A stretch of 64,000 nucleotides of DNA from contig OY969585.1 of NCBI GenBank assembly GCA_963701295.1, positions 1,696,001 to 1,760,000 of the forward strand. Reading direction: 5' to 3'. Positions 48,560 to 57,581 of this stretch are shown piece by piece. How positions within the stretch are numbered: the stretch's first letter is position 1; each line of letters opens with the position of its first letter. Below the pieces are notes generated by a model. That model was not told where the DNA came from, did no database searches, and was given only the letters and a program-made list of their open reading frames with translations. This stretch comes from Ignavibacteriota bacterium (GTDB taxonomy: Bacteria; Bacteroidota; Ignavibacteria; UBA10030). The position numbers were made by a program, and so were the translations under genes.

Positions 48560-48601
48560 TTGACATTTAAAGTCAAGATTTATTACATTGAAACGGTTCA
48601 A
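48560..48601 (+). promoter_or_regulatory. Promoter (TTGACA-18-TACATT) overlapped by LacI-1 operator TTGAAACGGTTCAA (48588-48601)
   Basis: Same operator placement as at 38012; a weaker site ACAAAGCGTTTCAA lies at 48650-48663. Confidence 0.7.
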
Positions 48602-48750
48602 CTGTAATTAAACCTCTTTAATTCGTTAAACCGAATGTGATTTATCGGGACAAAGCGTTTCAACTCGAGATGTGGATGTAATATGCTGCAGTCTTTTTAA
48701 CGAAAGAGATTTCCATTGACGATTTCTATCTTCAAACATAGGACGTAAAA

Positions 48751-51072
48751 ATGTTGGATAAGAATTCAAAGAATGAATTAGTAGAACAAGAAGAGTTGTT
48801 GGAATATAAAAATTCAGAATTATCGATTGAAGTTCGTGTTGCTGACTTAATAAGTCGGATGACACTTGAAGAAAAAGTAGCTCAGATGCTTTGTATCTGG
48901 GGACAAAAAAAGACTGCTCTATTCGATAAGGAAAGTAACTTCAATCTCAAAAACTTAGAACTTCATTTCAAACATGGTGTCGGTCAAATAGCAAGATTGA
49001 GTGATACGGGCAAAGGTCAGAATGCGCGTGAAATGGCGGCGTTAGCAAATACCATTCAAAAATATTTCGCTGAAGAAACTCGTTTAGGCATTCCAGTTAT
49101 TTTTCATGAAGAATGTTTGCACGGCCTTGCTGCTAAAGAAGCCACCAGTTTTCCTCAGCCAATCGGATTAGCATCTACGTTTAATCCTGATCTTATAGAA
49201 GAAATATATACAGCAATTGCTGAAGACACTCGTTCTCGAGGTGCACATCAAGCTTTAACTCCCGTTGTCGATGTCGCTCGCGATCCTCGCTGGGGACGAG
49301 TAGAAGAAACGTTTGGTGAAGATCCATACCTTGTAGCTCAAATGGGTATTTCGGCAGTAAAAGGTTTTCAAGGTGATGGAAGTTTTAAGAACAAGAAACG
49401 AATTATTGCAACATTGAAACATTTCGCAGCACATGGGCAACCAGAGTCTGGCATCAATTGTGGTCCTGTCAATATCTCTGAACGTCTCTTGCGGGATACG
49501 TTCCTTTATACATTTAGAGAAGTAGTGAAAAAAGCCGACGCCATAAGTGTGATGGCATCATACAATGAGATTGATGGTGTTTCATCGCATGCTAATAAAT
49601 GGCTGTTGAAGGATGTACTGCGAGATGAGTGGGGTTTTAAAGGATATGTTGTTTCAGATTATTATGCGATTACCGAATTGAACTTTCGAGAAGAAGCGAT
49701 AAGCCACGCTATGGCTAAGGACAAGACTGAGGCCGCTTTGCTTTCGGTAGAAGCGGGTGTCAATATCGAATTACCGGATCCTGATTGTTATCCCAATCTC
49801 ATTCAACTCGTTCAAAGCGGCAAATTATGCGAATCAGTTTTAGATGGATTAGTCGCCTCGCTCTTAAAGTATAAATTCCAACTCGGTCTTTTTGATGACC
49901 CTTATGTCGATCCGGAGTTGATTCATAGTGAAACGAGACTTGAAAAAGAAAGAACACTTGCTTTGCAGGCAGCTCATGAGACAATTACTCTGCTTAAGAA
50001 CGAAGGGAATATATTACCCCTCAATAGAAAGGAAATTACTACTCTTGCCGTGATTGGCCCGAATGCGGATCGGAAGTTGCTGGGAGGGTACAGCGGTGAG
50101 CCAAAGTACTATACTTCTGTCCTGCAAGGAATAAAAGAAAAAATTGGGAAAGATATTCATGTCCTTTACAGTGAAGGTTGTAAGATTACACTTGGTGGAT
50201 CATGGAATGAAGATGCAATAACATTCTCAGATCCGGAAGAAGATCGAAGATCAATTGCTCAGGCTGTTGCTATAGCTCAAAAGGCTGACACCATCATTCT
50301 TGTTTTGGGCGGCAATGAACAAACCTCACGAGAGGCATGGAATAAAACCCACATGGGTGATAGAGCCAACTTAGATCTCTTTGGTATGCAGAACGATTTG
50401 GTAAAAGCAATTTTAGAAACAGGAAAACCCGTTGTCGTGGTGCTTTTCAATGGCAGGCCGAACTCCATAACCTATCTTCAGAGACACATACCGGCGATTC
50501 TCGAGTGCTGGTATTTAGGACAGGAGACAGGGAATGCCGTGGCAGATGTTCTTTTTGGAGATTACAATCCCGGGGGAAAACTTCCGATCTCTATTCCTAG
50601 ATCTGTAGGACATTTGCCTTGTTACTATAATTATAAACCTTCCGCGCGTCGTGGCTATTTAAACGATGATGTTTCTTCACTTTACCCATTTGGCTTTGGT
50701 TTAAGTTATACTACATTTAGTTTCAATAACCTCCGACTTGAGAAATCTTCGATTAGCGTAAATGAATCGACGAGTGTATCCATCGATGTAAAGAATACAG
50801 GCCATCGTTCTGGCGATGAGGTTGTGCAGATGTATATCCGAGATATTTTTAGCTCGGTCACTCGCCCGATCAAAGAGTTACGTGGATTTAAGAAGATTCA
50901 TCTCAATCCGGGTGAAACGAAGACTGTGGCCATACCAATCGAACCGGAACATTTAGCCTTTACGGATATCAACAAGAAGAATATTGTTGAACCTGGAGAT
51001 TTCATGATTATGGTCGGTAACTCGTCACAAGATTCCGATTTACAGAAACTTATTTTAACCGTTCAGAAATAA
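48751..51072 (+). CDS. GH3 beta-glucosidase/beta-xylosidase, no signal peptide
   Basis: IFHEECLHG, DVARDPRWGRVEE, KHFAA, VSDY, FGDYNPGGKLP, FGFGLSYTTF, FN3-like tail. Confidence 0.95.
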   Translation: MLDKNSKNELVEQEELLEYKNSELSIEVRVADLISRMTLEEKVAQMLCIWGQKKTALFDKESNFNLKNLELHFKHGVGQIARLSDTGKGQNAREMAALANTIQKYFAEETRLGIPVIFHEECLHGLAAKEATSFPQPIGLASTFNPDLIEEIYTAIAEDTRSRGAHQALTPVVDVARDPRWGRVEETFGEDPYLVAQMGISAVKGFQGDGSFKNKKRIIATLKHFAAHGQPESGINCGPVNISERLLRDTFLYTFREVVKKADAISVMASYNEIDGVSSHANKWLLKDVLRDEWGFKGYVVSDYYAITELNFREEAISHAMAKDKTEAALLSVEAGVNIELPDPDCYPNLIQLVQSGKLCESVLDGLVASLLKYKFQLGLFDDPYVDPELIHSETRLEKERTLALQAAHETITLLKNEGNILPLNRKEITTLAVIGPNADRKLLGGYSGEPKYYTSVLQGIKEKIGKDIHVLYSEGCKITLGGSWNEDAITFSDPEEDRRSIAQAVAIAQKADTIILVLGGNEQTSREAWNKTHMGDRANLDLFGMQNDLVKAILETGKPVVVVLFNGRPNSITYLQRHIPAILECWYLGQETGNAVADVLFGDYNPGGKLPISIPRSVGHLPCYYNYKPSARRGYLNDDVSSLYPFGFGLSYTTFSFNNLRLEKSSISVNESTSVSIDVKNTGHRSGDEVVQMYIRDIFSSVTRPIKELRGFKKIHLNPGETKTVAIPIEPEHLAFTDINKKNIVEPGDFMIMVGNSSQDSDLQKLILTVQK

Positions 51073-51094
51073 ATTACCCAAGAGAAAATAGACT

Positions 51095-52633
51095 ATGGCA
51101 GAAGAACACTTCCATCAAAAACTCTCTTTCGTCGAAAAAGCGGGGTATAGTGCCGCTGATGCTGCAGCGAATTTCGTCTTCATGACAATGATTCTTTTCC
51201 AGACGAATTTTTACACAGATGTCTTTGGCATCACCGCGGGTGCTGCAGCAACTATTCTCATGGTCGCCCGGTTATGGGACGCTTTCGCCGATCCGATTGT
51301 TGGTGTGCTTGCCGACCGCACGGACACTCGCTGGGGAAAATTCCGTCCATGGGTTCTTTTCACGGCACTACCTTGGTGTATCGTGATGGTGCTGGCATAC
51401 ACCACGCCAAAGGGCTGGGGCATGACCTCGATGATTGTATATGCCGCAATCACCAACATTCTGCTGATGAGCATCTATTCCATGAACAATATGCCATACT
51501 CAGCGCTGGGCGGTGTCATGACCGGCGATATCAACGAGCGCGCCAAGCTTAACTCCTACCGGTTTATCGCAGTGAATGCAGCACAATTCATTGTAGGTGG
51601 TTTCACTCTGCCGTTGATTGCTAAATTCGCAGTCGGGCATGACAGGCAGTACGGCTGGCAAATGACCATGACTATTTGGGCTGTTGTGTGTTTCATTCTG
51701 TTCCTTATTACATTTGCTACGACAAAAGAACGCATTAAACCCGAGCCTCATCAAAAATCTTCACCGAAAGAGGATTTTGTTAATCTGCTCAAGAACAATC
51801 CGTGGAAAGTAATGTTTTTCATGACGCTGGTGCACTTTGCGATTCTTTCGTTCAGGGGTGCCGCGCTCTATAACTATTATCATCATTTTGCTGACAAAGC
51901 TGCATTATACGATTGGGTACAGAGCATGGGTTTGACTGCGCCTTCGCTCACTCCTGGTGCCCCTGCACCCGGCGGCATTCTTGAATGGCTCGGATACATC
52001 GTCCACGGAGAAAAAGCAAACCTTGCGAGTTCAAACGTTGCCGATGTTGCTAATAGCATCATCAATATGATCGGAACCGGTATCACTATTATTGTCATCA
52101 TTCTCTCGCCGGCCCTTTCTAAGAGGTTTGGAAAAAAGGCAGTTGCGATTAGCGGTTTCGCTCTAGCGAGCATCGGGACACTGGCATTCTATATGCTTGG
52201 ACCTACGAATGTTACCGGCATGGTCGTGCTGACAATTCTCATCGCGATAGCATACGCTCCAACCATTCCATTGATTTGGGCGATCTATGCGGATGTGGCG
52301 GACTACTCTGAATGGAAGACGGGACGACGCTTTACAGGAATCGTTTTTGCAACCATTGGTTTTGCTTTGAAAGGCGGTTTAGCGCTTGGCTCTTCTTCGT
52401 TCCTCTGGATCATGGCCGGCTTATTCTGCTATGACACCCAGATGCCTGATGCACCTCAAGCGCTAGAGGGGTTCCGCACATGCAGCGGAATTGTTGTCGG
52501 CATTATGTTTATGATCTGTACCATCTTGCTCACTGCTTACCAGATCAATAAAAAGATGACGATTCAAATGGCTGATGAGTTAGCAGAACGGCGAAGAGCA
52601 TTCGCATCGAGAACTCGAACACATGAAGCTTGA
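51095..52633 (+). CDS. GPH-family glycoside/pentoside:cation symporter
   Basis: FYTDVFG, RLWDAFADP, DRTDTRWGKFRPW, NMPYSAL, ADVADYSEWKTGRR. Confidence 0.92.
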   Translation: MAEEHFHQKLSFVEKAGYSAADAAANFVFMTMILFQTNFYTDVFGITAGAAATILMVARLWDAFADPIVGVLADRTDTRWGKFRPWVLFTALPWCIVMVLAYTTPKGWGMTSMIVYAAITNILLMSIYSMNNMPYSALGGVMTGDINERAKLNSYRFIAVNAAQFIVGGFTLPLIAKFAVGHDRQYGWQMTMTIWAVVCFILFLITFATTKERIKPEPHQKSSPKEDFVNLLKNNPWKVMFFMTLVHFAILSFRGAALYNYYHHFADKAALYDWVQSMGLTAPSLTPGAPAPGGILEWLGYIVHGEKANLASSNVADVANSIINMIGTGITIIVIILSPALSKRFGKKAVAISGFALASIGTLAFYMLGPTNVTGMVVLTILIAIAYAPTIPLIWAIYADVADYSEWKTGRRFTGIVFATIGFALKGGLALGSSSFLWIMAGLFCYDTQMPDAPQALEGFRTCSGIVVGIMFMICTILLTAYQINKKMTIQMADELAERRRAFASRTRTHEA

Positions 52634-52674
52634 AGAGAAAAACATCTTCTACATAAAATATTAGGAAAAAGACT

Positions 52675-54297
52675 ATGAAACAAAAATGCAGACTTGTTGT
52701 TTCAACTAGTATAGTGCTATTCTTCTTAATCACCGTACCTAAGGAAATATTTGCTGCTGATGGAACAATAAAAGCTAAAGAGACTCATCAAGTAATGATA
52801 GGTTTTGGTGCCTCTATTGCATGGGCCGATGATCAATTAACTACACATCCAGCAAAGGGTGAAATTTATAATTACATTTTTAAGGATCTCGGTTTGGATA
52901 TCCTGCGGATTCGAAATATGTATCGGAATAATCCATTGGACTTTGCACCAACGTTTGCTGAAATTGTTGATACAATGTATGCCCTTTCACCTCAGAGGCC
53001 GAAAATTCTTATTTCTTCATGGTCGCCCCCTGCTGATATAAAGAGTAATAATGACGTCGAAAATGGCGGAACATTGATAAAGCAAAATGGAAAATATGTT
53101 TATGGTGCATTTGCTCAATACTGGGTAGACGCCATAAATGCTTATAGAGCTATTGGTATTGATCCGGATTATATCACTATTCAAAATGAGCCAGATTTTT
53201 CGGCAACATGGGAATCATGTCTTTTCAACCCCACAGAAACATCAACTATTGCTGGCTATAATCGTGCATTGGATACTGTGTATATTGGACTGCAACAGTT
53301 GCAATCACCTCCAAAAATATTGGGTCCAGAGGTTTTGGGAATTGGCTATAGTGAATTCCAAAAATATGGGTCGTCTTTTAATCAGAGTCATCTTGATGGA
53401 TATGCGTATCATTTATATCACGGCGAATCTGATAATGTTAACGATAATCACAACCCTGATTTGTTTATCACGAATCTTACTACCATAGCAAACAGCTATC
53501 AGGGTAAACCGATATTTCAAACAGAATATGACCGTGGTGATTGGTTCAATACAGCCTGGTTGATGCACAACTGTTTAGTCTATGGAAATGTTTCAGCGTA
53601 TCTCTGGTGGGAATTGGTGTGGGGATCGGGCGGCAATCCCCTGATAGAAATGGAATCAGACACCTATACAATTACTAAATACTATTGGGCGTTCAGACAA
53701 TATTCAAAATATATTGATTCCGGTTATGAAAGGGTGACTGCATCAGTTAATGCAGATAGCCTCAGGATGTCCGCTTTCATTAATCCTGGCGGTAATAAGT
53801 TGACGGTAGTGGTGCTAAACATTGGGTCGCAGGCTCAATCGATGAATTTTGATATCCAAGATTTCAGCGTTGATAGCGGGATGGTTATTCGTACTTCTGA
53901 GACCGAATCGGGTGATACAATAAGTAATAGTTATGATGGCAAATCAGCATTGGATTTTCCTGTTCGTTCTATTACCACGCTCTCGTTTTCCGGTGCGTTG
54001 GCCACCAATGTCGACAATAAACCAGTAATGCCAGTAAAATTTTCATTATCTCAAAATTATCCTAATCCTTTTAATCCAACCACAACAATTGAATATTCTT
54101 TAGGAAGAGAAAGTTTCGTTCGACTAAAGATCTATGATGTTTTGGGCCGGGAAATAACAACATTGGTTCAGGAAAGAATGGCAGCAGGAAAACATACTGT
54201 TCAATTTGACGCAAAGGATATGAATTCAGGTATCTATTTCTATAAAATAATGGCGGGAGATTTTATTCAATCTAATAAAATGATGGTGATAAAATAA
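52675..54297 (+). CDS. GH30 xylanase-like glycoside hydrolase with T9SS C-terminal domain
   Basis: GFGAS, SWSPPADIKSN, IQNEPD, YAYHLY, FQTEY, AYLWW; C-terminal QNYPNPFNPTTTIEY. Confidence 0.85.
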   Translation: MKQKCRLVVSTSIVLFFLITVPKEIFAADGTIKAKETHQVMIGFGASIAWADDQLTTHPAKGEIYNYIFKDLGLDILRIRNMYRNNPLDFAPTFAEIVDTMYALSPQRPKILISSWSPPADIKSNNDVENGGTLIKQNGKYVYGAFAQYWVDAINAYRAIGIDPDYITIQNEPDFSATWESCLFNPTETSTIAGYNRALDTVYIGLQQLQSPPKILGPEVLGIGYSEFQKYGSSFNQSHLDGYAYHLYHGESDNVNDNHNPDLFITNLTTIANSYQGKPIFQTEYDRGDWFNTAWLMHNCLVYGNVSAYLWWELVWGSGGNPLIEMESDTYTITKYYWAFRQYSKYIDSGYERVTASVNADSLRMSAFINPGGNKLTVVVLNIGSQAQSMNFDIQDFSVDSGMVIRTSETESGDTISNSYDGKSALDFPVRSITTLSFSGALATNVDNKPVMPVKFSLSQNYPNPFNPTTTIEYSLGRESFVRLKIYDVLGREITTLVQERMAAGKHTVQFDAKDMNSGIYFYKIMAGDFIQSNKMMVIK

Positions 54298-54444
54298 TAT
54301 CAAATGGTATTAGAGGCATGGATAATACGTCCATAAATTTTTTAGAAAAGCTCAATAAAAAAGATTGAACAATACAAAGCGATGAACGAATAAATAATTA
54401 TCCAATTAATAAACTAATTTCCAACAAACAATGGAGGTTGTAAA

Positions 54445-55584
54445 ATGAAAAACTTATTATTTAGTTTTTTCATGATAGTCTTGATCTTTACTTCTGGAAA
54501 AGCACAGGGCTTTATCACAATTGATGCCCAAAGGGATGCTTTTTTTGATGGCTTAACTAATCCTAATGATGGAAAAATATTTATACCATCAAGGGCTTAC
54601 CTGCCGGAAGATACCGGCAAATACGGACCTCCGTGGGGTGACGCAGATATTTCCGGAATAGTATGGACTGCATGGGACACTACATATCTATACTACTATG
54701 TTGAAGTAAAAGATAATATCATTATTGACAATCAGAAAGCTAATTGGTCAAATGATAAAATTGAACTTAAATTTGATCCGAATCCTACACTAAAATTGAC
54801 AGGACAGGGTAATTGTATTCAGGTCGGTATGACGGCATTAGACCGTGGTGATGCTCAGTTAGACACAGCAGTAGATAATTTGGACTTAGACCAGAAGATT
54901 GCTAATGGGAAAGAAATGATAGATACATCTGGAAACCCATTTTGGTCTACACCTAATGATTATGCACGTAGAGAAACTGCTGATGGTTATGTTTTAGAAT
55001 TCAGGCTTCCTTTCAAATATATTAATAAATCGAAAAATTGGCTTCGGCCTGTAGCAGTGGGTTTACAATTCGGAAGTGCGATAAATTTAAATGATAACGA
55101 TAGTACTGGAAGAATGAATGCTGTGAATTGGTCTGCTGGACATAAAGATGCAGTTTGGAATACTCCAAAGTACGATGGCACAGTAACGTTATTAGACGGC
55201 CATAAGTGTAAATATGAAGCCAAAAGCCTTCAAGACTCAACTATTGTTAATGATAGTGCTGCGGTTTGGTATTTTGGTGGCACACCATTCACATCCGTAA
55301 AATCTTTTAGTGGTACTCCAGAATCTTTCAATTTAATGCAGAATTATCCCAATCCATTTAATCCGACAACAACCATTAAATTCACGTTACCACAGCGCAG
55401 CGATGTCCGGATTGTCCTTATAAACGTGTTAGGACAAGTCTTGAAAGAAATCGCCAAGGGCAACTACAGTGCCGGCAGTCATCAGGTGACGTTGGATGCT
55501 TCGCGTCTTGCAAGTGGCATTTATTTCTACAAACTACAGGCAGGTTCATTGAGCGATACAAAGAAGTTAGTGCTTATGAAATAA
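54445..55584 (+). CDS. CBM9-like sugar-binding protein with T9SS C-terminal domain
   Basis: AWDTTYLYYYVEVKD, DKIELKFD, GYVLEFRLPF, NLNDND; C-terminal QNYPNPFNP...SGIYFY. Confidence 0.75.
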   Translation: MKNLLFSFFMIVLIFTSGKAQGFITIDAQRDAFFDGLTNPNDGKIFIPSRAYLPEDTGKYGPPWGDADISGIVWTAWDTTYLYYYVEVKDNIIIDNQKANWSNDKIELKFDPNPTLKLTGQGNCIQVGMTALDRGDAQLDTAVDNLDLDQKIANGKEMIDTSGNPFWSTPNDYARRETADGYVLEFRLPFKYINKSKNWLRPVAVGLQFGSAINLNDNDSTGRMNAVNWSAGHKDAVWNTPKYDGTVTLLDGHKCKYEAKSLQDSTIVNDSAAVWYFGGTPFTSVKSFSGTPESFNLMQNYPNPFNPTTTIKFTLPQRSDVRIVLINVLGQVLKEIAKGNYSAGSHQVTLDASRLASGIYFYKLQAGSLSDTKKLVLMK

Positions 55585-55624
55585 TACTTCTTCCTGTCAT
55601 GATGTTCGTGCATGCTCGCTTATT

Positions 55625-55654
55625 TCTGCCCTCTTCGTATCGGAAGAGGGCAGA
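55625..55654 (+). terminator. Strong hairpin downstream of the CBM9-like gene
   Basis: Perfect 12-bp stem tctgccctcttc / gaagagggcaga, extendable outward; no U-tract. Confidence 0.5.
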
Positions 55655-55779
55655 TGAGCGAGTGCATAAAGATTATGAACACAAGATAACTCGTTAAGAA
55701 AATGAAGATGGATGTATAGATAAATATTACTGTGGATAATAAGTAGTGTGGGTATTTCAAACAATTACAAGTAGGTAAA

Positions 55780-55921
55780 GAGGGTATCGCAAAAAGGAAC
55801 ATGTCATTGCGATCCCGATTCATCGGGAGAAGCAATCCGATAAAATGAGTAAAAAAGGAAAAGAGAAAAAGAGAAATTGCTCCGTTCGCAATGACTCTGA
55901 GGCAACTTTTTAGACAGCCGC
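55780..55921. repeat. Composite palindromic repeat/MITE-like element
   Basis: Inner gtcattgcga (55803) / tcgcaatgac (55886-55895) with tcccgattcatcggga; degenerate outer ends gagggtatcgcaaaaa / tttttagacagccgc. Confidence 0.55.
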
Positions 55922-55973
55922 ACATCACAAGAACTATATTTTAAGTAAAATCAGTTAGTACATACGCGCATTC

Positions 55974-57479
55974 ATGATGAAAATTTTTAAATCGATATTC
56001 TGTATCAAGAGTTTTGCAGGGTTCCTGTACTGCATGAGTATTCCGCTTTTAGGACAAATGAAGTCTGTCATCCCTGCCGGCGGTTCTCTCGGTATAGAAA
56101 ACGGCAATGATGCGTTAGCTATAGTGGGCGAAAAAATAATTACGGTAAGAGATTTCAGGGAACGCAGTGAATTTACGGTTCGCCCTCAGAATTTTAAAGA
56201 CAAGAATATCACATTAAACAATTTAATTTTTGAAAAGATTCTTACCCTAGAAGCAGAACAAGAGGCGAAGTCTGCAGTACATCCTGGGATGCAGGCCATG
56301 CTAGATGGCATTAAAGAACAACAGATGCGGGCTCAGCTCTACTATGAGGTTGCTTATAACAAAGTGAAATTCAATTCCGCTGAATTGGAAAAAGCGTACA
56401 CGCTGTCCACTCGTGAATACGAACTCGAGTTTTATCGCTTACCGAATAAGAAGTTCGCATACAAAATTCAAACAGCGATCGATGCTGGACCTACACGAGC
56501 CGATTCCTTATTTAAGGAAGTGGAAGAGATTCTGGGAAAGAAACCTGTCCATAAAACAAAATTTGACGATAACGATGACGATGCTATTCATAAAGCATTG
56601 TACACGGAGGCGCTGGATCCGGGGAAGATTGTTGGACCTGTGAGACTCGGTGATGGCGGATATATCGTTATGAAAGTGTTGACATGGGTTGATTATCCTC
56701 TTATAAGCGGTGAAGAACAGCAAGCAAGGTGGAATAAAGTAGGGGACATTATCCAAAACCGAAAAGCAGAGCAGCAGTGGCGCTCCTACCAGGCAAGTGT
56801 CATGAAGGGGAAGCGATTAGTATTTGATAAGCATTCTTTTGATGTGTTATCGGCCTGGGCGATGGAAAATTATTATTCCCACAAACAAAACGATTCTCTG
56901 AATATTCACATTGCAGAAATTGAAGGAAAGAAACCGGAAATTGATTTTAACAACCCTTTCTTTACGCTCGATAAAAAAGTATGGACTCTAAAAGACTTTC
57001 GAAAAGTGCTTCGTACTCATCCCCTCGTCTATAGAACGACTGCGCTTGACAGTACAAATTTTCGGAAACAATTCAAATTGGCAATCATTGATTTGATGCG
57101 GGATCATTATTTGACACAGGCGGCTTATAAGCGTTCTTTGGACAAGCATGAAAACGTGAAAAATACAGTCGGAATGTGGAGAGATTCTTTTTTGGCAACG
57201 GAAAAAGCAAAGAGTATTGTTGATACGGGCGTAGCTCAGGGGATCGTCAAGAGAAACGATGAGCGCGGCTTATCGGAATTTTGGAATTCGCAAGTGATCA
57301 TATTGCAGCAGAAATATGGCAAATCGATCTGGATAAACCATCCTTTGCTGGATCGTCTTGCATTAACAAGAATTGATATGATTGCCTTAAAACCAGGTTT
57401 TCCCTATCCTCTTGAGGTCCCTCAATTCCCGACATTGATCGTTTCCGAGAATCTTGACTATGCGACACTTAAAAAATGA
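55974..57479 (+). CDS. SurA/PrsA-like periplasmic foldase (degenerate parvulin-type)
   Basis: Signal peptide; LAIVGEKIITVRDFRERSE, LIFEKIL..EA, PGKIVGPVRLGDGGYIVMKV. Confidence 0.6.
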   Translation: MMKIFKSIFCIKSFAGFLYCMSIPLLGQMKSVIPAGGSLGIENGNDALAIVGEKIITVRDFRERSEFTVRPQNFKDKNITLNNLIFEKILTLEAEQEAKSAVHPGMQAMLDGIKEQQMRAQLYYEVAYNKVKFNSAELEKAYTLSTREYELEFYRLPNKKFAYKIQTAIDAGPTRADSLFKEVEEILGKKPVHKTKFDDNDDDAIHKALYTEALDPGKIVGPVRLGDGGYIVMKVLTWVDYPLISGEEQQARWNKVGDIIQNRKAEQQWRSYQASVMKGKRLVFDKHSFDVLSAWAMENYYSHKQNDSLNIHIAEIEGKKPEIDFNNPFFTLDKKVWTLKDFRKVLRTHPLVYRTTALDSTNFRKQFKLAIIDLMRDHYLTQAAYKRSLDKHENVKNTVGMWRDSFLATEKAKSIVDTGVAQGIVKRNDERGLSEFWNSQVIILQQKYGKSIWINHPLLDRLALTRIDMIALKPGFPYPLEVPQFPTLIVSENLDYATLKK

Positions 57480-57581
57480 TATTGAAGATAGATTACAGTA
57501 CTGACAAAGACATCAATAAGTTTGATTCATGTACATTGTTTTTTGATATAACTTATGGTAAACAAAGGAAGGGTTGTTAAA

